In this document: positions 1 to 5,249 of the stretch, piece by piece
Layout: each line of letters begins with the position of its first letter
Position numbering within the stretch: position 1 is the first letter of the stretch
Source: a virus
Length of the DNA: 19,200 bases
Direction: 5' to 3' (one strand)
IMG/VR virus record: IMGVR_UViG_3300031669_003266
The notes under the pieces: model-generated
Seen by the model: the letters and a program-made list of their open reading frames with translations, nothing else
Database searches by the model: none
Told to the model about the DNA's origin: nothing
Translations under genes and position numbers: made by a program

Positions 1-17
1 CGAATGGGAAAAGCGCT

Positions 18-431
18 ATGGCCGACGAAACGATTAACTACACGCCACTGACCGAGGAGGAGGCCAAGAAGCTTGGCATTGATTTCTCCACTGGAGCAGT
101 GTTTTCGTCGGCACATCTTCGTAAGAATGACCAGAATCTCCTTCCAGCGGTATTCATGCCAATGGCTCTTGCTGGACAGGATGTGCTCAATCGGCTGAAG
201 GCTGCCGATATCGTCGTCATCTACGAGTACGTGAGCGCCGCCGGTCCTCGTGTGATCAACGGCTATCCTCAGTTTTTCTCGATGCGAACATTGAATCGAG
301 ACGATGCAACGAGAGTTCTTGCATATGCTCGGAAATATTCGAAGCTTCGCGAACAGTTCGTAACGCCAGACATGAGGAAGCCTGACCACGACCCGAATCA
401 GGAGAAACTATTCGATGGCGAAGAAACGTAA
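18..431 (+). CDS. hypothetical protein (137 aa)
   Basis: Complete ORF; no motif recognised. It is the first link in a co-directional chain of overlapping genes, and its stop overlaps the next ORF start. Confidence 0.45.
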   Translation: MADETINYTPLTEEEAKKLGIDFSTGAVFSSAHLRKNDQNLLPAVFMPMALAGQDVLNRLKAADIVVIYEYVSAAGPRVINGYPQFFSMRTLNRDDATRVLAYARKYSKLREQFVTPDMRKPDHDPNQEKLFDGEET

Positions 432-627
432 GAATCCAGAGAGACTTCGAGCAAATTACAGACATATACTTGAGTTCGAGCGTGTAACTGTTGTAGTATG
501 GCCCGATCTTGAGCGTATCGCGATTGTGAGTCCTTTCGATTCGTCAAGCATCTCATTCGACGAATGCATCGATCTGATAGCGAAGACAAAGAAGTCGAGG
601 AAGGGCAAGAGAAGCAATGGCGCATGA
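415..627 (+). CDS. hypothetical small basic protein (70 aa)
   Basis: ATG preceded by ggagaaa about 8 nt upstream. The start overlaps the upstream stop. The protein is Lys/Arg-rich at both ends. Confidence 0.4.
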   Translation: MAKKRKNPERLRANYRHILEFERVTVVVWPDLERIAIVSPFDSSSISFDECIDLIAKTKKSRKGKRSNGA

Positions 628-1192
628 TCCATGGACAAGGATTTTCAGATTCCCGAGTCCGCTGTCGCATCGAAATAAGCAGCTGAAGATGCGCTTCTGG
701 GAGCCACTCTTCGAGATCTGGCACGTCGATCCGGAGACCGATGGAAGCGACTCGTCGTGTCAGCATCGGCTTCAGACAAATCACAACGACAGCTATATTC
801 ATACGTGCTGGCGCTTCTGGCACTGGCGACTACGGTTTCCCGTTGTCCACACGCTGATCAGATGGATTCGTGATCGCTGCGGACTCTGTGGAAAACCATT
901 CGGAATGTTCGCTGGAGTGTGCGGTCACCTTGGCTCATCGAAGCACGCATATCACCCCGAGTGCTATGATATTGTGTGCAAGCGATTTCTGGCCGCGCTA
1001 CATAAGCAGAATCCATGTGAATTCATGTTTGGCGACGGAGAGCCTTGCCCAAATATCGCAGATAGCGTTATCGCGATGATGGACGAGAAGGGCAATTTTC
1101 TTGAGTCAAAACGCTGCTGGCACCACATACCTCGGAAGTCTGCCACACGGCCACTCTCATATGGCCCTCCGATCAAAGTAAACGGAATGTGA
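617..1192 (+). CDS. Cys/His/Trp-rich putative zinc-binding protein (191 aa)
   Basis: ORF with segment RCGLCGKPFGMFAGVCGHLGSSKHAYHPECYDIVC (CxxC...CxH...HxxC), which resembles a RING/PHD-like metal-binding arrangement. It is unusually rich in W and H. The terminal ATG-TGA overlaps the next GTG start. Confidence 0.4.
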   Translation: MAHDPWTRIFRFPSPLSHRNKQLKMRFWEPLFEIWHVDPETDGSDSSCQHRLQTNHNDSYIHTCWRFWHWRLRFPVVHTLIRWIRDRCGLCGKPFGMFAGVCGHLGSSKHAYHPECYDIVCKRFLAALHKQNPCEFMFGDGEPCPNIADSVIAMMDEKGNFLESKRCWHHIPRKSATRPLSYGPPIKVNGM

Positions 1193-1227
1193 ACCTGCCA
1201 AGCTCCACAAGTAGTATGGAGGGTACG

Positions 1228-1998
1228 ATGAGTAAGAAGAGAGCTACGGGAACTCGTGAGTGGGCGCAGAAAACGGTGAACTGCGTGCTCGGTTGCAAGC
1301 ACGACTGTCGGTACTGCTATGCCCGCTACGATATGGTCGACCGCTTCGGAAAGATCAAGAGGGGTGACTGGACGAATCCCGTCGTTCGCGAGCCCGAAGT
1401 CAGAAAAAGCCGCCCAAAGTACGGCGGCGTCGTCATGTTTCCAAGCACTCATGACATCACTCCGGAAGTGCTTGACGAGTGTCTGATCGTTCTTGGAAAA
1501 CTGCTCAAGGCCGGGAACGAGGTACTGCTCGTATCGAAGCCACACGTCGAATGCATCAAAGCAATCGTATACCCATTCGCGGCGTACACGGATCAGCTTC
1601 GGTTTAGGTTCACTATCGGATCTCCACGCGACAAGATTCTCAAGTTCTGGGAACCGGGTGCCCCCATGTTCGGCGAGCGCCTGTCCTCTCTGAGGATCGC
1701 ATTTGACGGAGGTTTCAAGACGAGTATTAGCTCCGAACCTCTACTAGATCCTGCTTACGTCGGAGATCTCTGGGATCAGTTGATTCCGTTCGTGAACTGG
1801 GAGTTCTGGATCGGCAAGATGAACAAGACGGACAGTCGGGTTGACACCGATGATCCCGACGTTCGACGGATGCTTACGCCGATTCTCGAAGGCCAGACGG
1901 ACGAGAGGGTCATGGCGATCTACGATATGTTCAAGACGGAGAAGTTGGTTCGTTGGAAGGACTCCTACAAGGAGGTCATCGAACGATGCCGGAAGTAG
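1228..1998 (+). CDS. radical SAM enzyme (CxxxCxxC; SplB/COG1533-like CxxxCxYCYAR signature)
   Basis: Motif NCVLGCKHDCRYCYARY (Cys at about nt 1294-1317) is the canonical 4Fe-4S radical SAM triad. GGAGGG lies 6 nt before the ATG at 1228. The ORF track extends the frame to a GTG at 1189. The stop overlaps the NUDIX start. Confidence 0.7.
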   Translation: MSKKRATGTREWAQKTVNCVLGCKHDCRYCYARYDMVDRFGKIKRGDWTNPVVREPEVRKSRPKYGGVVMFPSTHDITPEVLDECLIVLGKLLKAGNEVLLVSKPHVECIKAIVYPFAAYTDQLRFRFTIGSPRDKILKFWEPGAPMFGERLSSLRIAFDGGFKTSISSEPLLDPAYVGDLWDQLIPFVNWEFWIGKMNKTDSRVDTDDPDVRRMLTPILEGQTDERVMAIYDMFKTEKLVRWKDSYKEVIERCRK

Positions 1999-2414
1999 TA
2001 GCTCCAAGGCGACCGGTCGTCGGACTAGCCACCCTCTTCATCAAGGATGGGAAGATCCTTCTTGCTGAGCGTCGAGCCGGGAAGCGGCAGGGATTCATGA
2101 ACTGCCCCGGAGGGCATCTTGAGTGGGGAGAGCATTTCGGTGAATGTGCGAGGCGCGAAGTCAAGGAAGAGACTGGAATCGATTTGCTTCAGTGCGAATT
2201 CCTGACGGCTGCCAACGGTCTCGCGCTCGAAGAAGATCATCACTATGTGATGATCTACATGCTTGCCACCAAGTGGGAAGGCGAGGCCCAGCAGATGGAA
2301 GAGGCGAATGGGCCGTGGAGTTGGTACGACATCCCGGGACCGGCTGACAAGATGCTTCCGACGACGCTGATAGCAATCTGCCGATATTTCGAGAGGATGT
2401 CGATACGTGGATGA
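1986..2414 (+). CDS. NUDIX hydrolase
   Basis: Perfect Nudix box GHLEWGEHFGECARREVKEETGI (Gx5Ex7REUxEExGU) at about nt 2109-2177. AAGGAGG lies 10 nt upstream of the ATG at 1986. The start overlaps the radical SAM stop by 13 nt. Confidence 0.85.
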   Translation: MPEVVAPRRPVVGLATLFIKDGKILLAERRAGKRQGFMNCPGGHLEWGEHFGECARREVKEETGIDLLQCEFLTAANGLALEEDHHYVMIYMLATKWEGEAQQMEEANGPWSWYDIPGPADKMLPTTLIAICRYFERMSIRG

Positions 2415-2943
2415 TCTAGTGGCCGCTCTGCATCTTCTCGCGCAAAAGCTTCGCGTCGACGTAGGTGAGTTATCTGATCGCTACGTGCTATACACGCAGA
2501 TCTCTGCGATAGCGCTATTCGTCGTAAACCTGATCTGCGCGTACGCAACGTACAGGATCATCAATTACATCTGCAGACAGTACAAAGAAGCCGATCCAGT
2601 GAAGATCATGGAGACGCGCACTAAGAAGATCAAGGATGACCTCGGTCGAGAGATCGCTGTCGAAACGGCGAAGATAGCCCGATCCTCGGCGCTGGCAGGA
2701 GTCAACGCTGCTCGAATTACTCTCATGGCAATCATAATGGGAGTATTTCTGATAAGCGCCGCCAGTCAGATTCCGGCGATAATCGTGCCTCAGGGCGCTG
2801 CTCTCGATAAAGTGTTCGAGACGATGAAGGACGCTACGAAGGTTGAGATTGTTCAGAATAAGGAGTGCGAGACTTCTGAACGTCCGAAGAAGGTCGACGA
2901 GGCTGCTGAATCAGAAGGAGCAGATGATGGGAGACTTCCTTAA
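2407..2943 (+). CDS. small integral membrane protein (2-3 predicted TM helices, acidic C-terminal tail)
   Basis: GTG start overlaps the NUDIX stop. Hydrophobic stretches IALFVVNLICAYATY and ITLMAIIMGVFLISAASQIPAIIV are followed by an acidic tail (EAAESEGADDG). Confidence 0.5.
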   Translation: MDDLVAALHLLAQKLRVDVGELSDRYVLYTQISAIALFVVNLICAYATYRIINYICRQYKEADPVKIMETRTKKIKDDLGREIAVETAKIARSSALAGVNAARITLMAIIMGVFLISAASQIPAIIVPQGAALDKVFETMKDATKVEIVQNKECETSERPKKVDEAAESEGADDGRLP

Positions 2944-3310
2944 AGAGCCGTGGGCGTTCATTCTCATATTCGCTATTGTGGCGAATATCTTATGGGCTAT
3001 CACGTGGCTATCCATGTGGTCAAAGGATCGATTCAAGAAATCATTTGGTGGAGGGTTACCAATCCTTCTCAGCATCGGGATATTGAACGTCCCGTTTGGA
3101 TTTCTGTTCCTCGCCGGAGCCGTTCTTGGGACTGCGGTACTATCCGTATTCTGGCTATATGCGTCACTGACGAACTCATTCGAGAATGAGCGAAAGGCGA
3201 TTTTAGAATTCATGAATCCACGAGAAGAAACCAAGAACGAGGAAGGAGGTGCGCAGAAAGAGGAGACAGCCAAACCGGCTGCGAAGATGGCGAGACGAAA
3301 GTCGCCATAG
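2926..3310 (+). CDS. small integral membrane protein (3 predicted TM helices, Lys/Glu-rich C-terminus)
   Basis: The ATG at 2926 overlaps the upstream stop (2943); the ORF track extends the frame to 2843. Hydrophobic helices: WAFILIFAIVANILWAITWL, LPILLSIGILNVPFGFLFLAGAVLGTAVLSVFWLY. Confidence 0.5.
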
Positions 3311-3347
3311 GATATGATGATCAAGTGAAGCTGAAAAGGAGATGCAG

Positions 3348-4616
3348 ATGAATTCGAAAGAGAAGTTCGCACTTGTCGTAGGAATACTCGCAATAGTTGG
3401 TGTTCTCTCGCTGTTCGCGACGTTCAGATGGACGACGGTTCAAGGTTCGGAACGAGTTGTGTGGCAGACGTTGGGTGGTGTCCGAGACGACGTCTCTGAA
3501 GACGGTATTCATGTGTACTTCGGATGGACGACGACTCCGCACAAGTACTACATCGGTTCCGATACATTCATCATCGACGACAAGACGGTCACGCCAGACA
3601 ATGACTATATGGACAGGGCTGAAATGGAGTTCAATCAGCCAGACGTTGCTCCAGTCGAGATCCCGGTAACCATGGAACGGCTGACGCTCGCTGACATTGA
3701 AAATGGAAAGACGACTGGTCCAACTAAGGTTATTCTGCGCTGCGTCATGCAGTTCCACCTCGACCCTACCAAGCTTGTGATTCTACATAAGGCGAAGACG
3801 AAAGCATTTCGCACGACATTCCTTAAAGACGTGTTGCTTCAGACGATCATCGACAGCACCACGATTCTCGATGCGCGAACCGTCTATCAGGGCGCTGGTC
3901 GTGTGGCGCTGCAGAGATCCATTGAAAAGTCACTGCAGAGTGAACCGCGCTTCGAAGAGTACGGAATCATAGTGGAGAGATTCGTAGTTCGCGACATCAA
4001 GCTCGTTGACCAGAAGTTCCTTGAGATGATCACTGCCGAAGCGCAGGCCGAGCAGAAGCGCAAGACGGCCATGAAGGAACAGCTTGCTGCTGACGCCGAG
4101 GCCGAGAAGGCAAAGTCCGTAGCTATGGCAGAGCAGAACACGCGACTCGTCGAGGCTGCGACGCTGAAGGGCGAAGAGATCGCTAAGGCGGAAGCGGCGG
4201 CGGCAAAGGAAGTTCTTGCCGCTGAAGCCGATGCGAAGAAGGTCGTCCTCGCGGCTGGCGCTGCCGCAAAGAAGGTTGAGCTTGCTGCGGAGGCCGCAAA
4301 GATTCAGGTAACGCTTGGTGCCGAAGCCGAGGCCAAGAAAGACGAGTTGGAAGGCGAAGGCTTGAAACTTCGAAAGATCGCCGAGGCCGAAGGTGTCCTC
4401 GCTCTTGGTAAGGCCGAAGCTGAAGCGAAGAAGCTGATGCTCGTTGCTTACGAGGGCGAAGGTGGTCAGCGATTCGCACAGGTCGAGATCTCAAAATACC
4501 TCGGACAAGGTATCCAGAAGGTTTACTACGTTCCAAGCGACATGAGCATCAACGCAATCGCGTCCGACTTCCAGAACGCGATTACGGTAGGTCTTCCGGG
4601 AAACACGAAGAAGTAG
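3348..4616 (+). CDS. SPFH/Band-7 domain protein, flotillin-like (YqiK-type), N-terminal membrane anchor plus C-terminal Ala/Glu-rich coiled coil
   Basis: N-terminal TM helix FALVVGILAIVGVLSLFATF. The SPFH core ends in the characteristic ...EEYGIIVERFVVRDIKLVD...ITAEAQAEQ. This is followed by roughly 150 aa of EA/AEAKK repeats typical of the flotillin C-terminus. AAAGGAG lies 6 nt before the ATG at 3348. Confidence 0.85.
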   Translation: MNSKEKFALVVGILAIVGVLSLFATFRWTTVQGSERVVWQTLGGVRDDVSEDGIHVYFGWTTTPHKYYIGSDTFIIDDKTVTPDNDYMDRAEMEFNQPDVAPVEIPVTMERLTLADIENGKTTGPTKVILRCVMQFHLDPTKLVILHKAKTKAFRTTFLKDVLLQTIIDSTTILDARTVYQGAGRVALQRSIEKSLQSEPRFEEYGIIVERFVVRDIKLVDQKFLEMITAEAQAEQKRKTAMKEQLAADAEAEKAKSVAMAEQNTRLVEAATLKGEEIAKAEAAAAKEVLAAEADAKKVVLAAGAAAKKVELAAEAAKIQVTLGAEAEAKKDELEGEGLKLRKIAEAEGVLALGKAEAEAKKLMLVAYEGEGGQRFAQVEISKYLGQGIQKVYYVPSDMSINAIASDFQNAITVGLPGNTKK

Positions 4617-4629
4617 CCGCGAGCCGAAA

Positions 4630-4649
4630 CGCCCGGGTTCATCCGGGCG
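4630..4649 (+). other. GC-rich hairpin (7-bp stem cgcccgg/ccgggcg, 6-nt loop) immediately after the flotillin stop; no U-tract
   Basis: Inverted repeat read directly from the sequence. The missing T-run makes it a weak terminator, possibly an attenuator or processing site. Confidence 0.3.
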
Positions 4650-4692
4650 TCTGTCCGGGACTTACCCCCCGGTACTGACGAGGCAGGTAGCG

Positions 4693-4779
4693 ATGCTCGA
4701 ACAACTGAAGAGGCTTACCATAATCGAATGGATCATCGTCGTAGCAGTTCTGGTGGGCGTTTCCAGAGCCCTGATGTAG
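4693..4779 (+). CDS. candidate 28-aa hydrophobic micropeptide (MLEQLKRLTIIEWIIVVAVLVGVSRALM)
   Basis: A complete ATG-to-TAG ORF below the size cutoff of the supplied track, so it is not listed there. It has a single TM-like segment, sits in the 173-nt gap between flotillin and the HAD gene, and has gaggcagg upstream as a weak SD. Confidence 0.25.
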   Translation: MLEQLKRLTIIEWIIVVAVLVGVSRALM

Positions 4780-4789
4780 GAATATCTCG

Positions 4790-5203
4790 ATGCAAGATCA
4801 GCCGTCTCTCAGACAATGGGCGCTCGAAGAAGTCAATCAGAGTGGAGTCGTGCTGCTCGATTTCGACGGAACGATGACGACGGGCGGCTATCCTGAGATT
4901 GGAGATCCCCGAGAGAGCGTTCTTGAGTACGTGAGAATCGAGCGCTCTGGAGGAAGGGTCATCGTCATCTGGACGTGTCGGACCTCGATGTATCTATGCA
5001 AGACTCTAATAGCGCAGACAGAGGCGGTGCGCGGCATTGCAAAGTGGCTACATGAGAACATGGTCGAGGTTGATGGAATTCTCATGCACGATAAGCCAAT
5101 CTGCGGACTCTATATTGGCGACGAGACAATGCATCCCGACTTTCTTGAGGACTATGAAGAGGCGGTGAAAGGTTGTCTTTCCACTGAAGAGGATGACGAA
5201 TAG
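4790..5203 (+). CDS. small HAD-superfamily phosphatase-like protein
   Basis: HAD motif I VLLDFDGTMT (DxDGT). Later conserved T (VIWTCRT), K (HDKP) and acidic GDE motif (YIGDETM). The size (137 aa) resembles the capless phage HAD phosphatases. Confidence 0.6.
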   Translation: MQDQPSLRQWALEEVNQSGVVLLDFDGTMTTGGYPEIGDPRESVLEYVRIERSGGRVIVIWTCRTSMYLCKTLIAQTEAVRGIAKWLHENMVEVDGILMHDKPICGLYIGDETMHPDFLEDYEEAVKGCLSTEEDDE

Positions 5204-5249
5204 TGGTGTGGCAGTGCCACGAAAATGGACAGTGTCCAAGGAGGAAGTA

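Noticed and set aside
398-823. Minus-strand 141-aa ORF
   Set aside because: Antisense to two + ORFs that belong to the overlapping start/stop chain. No recognisable features.
964-1545. Minus-strand 193-aa ORF
   Set aside because: It lies antisense to the radical SAM gene, whose CxxxCxxC motif fixes the + frame, and to the 617-1192 ORF. It has no SD or motif and is treated as a shadow ORF.
3321-3758. Minus-strand 145-aa ORF
   Set aside because: Antisense shadow inside the flotillin-like gene.
4650-4680. Second short inverted repeat ccggg ... ccccgg after the 4630 hairpin
   Set aside because: Only 5 bp and imperfect; not enough to call a structure.
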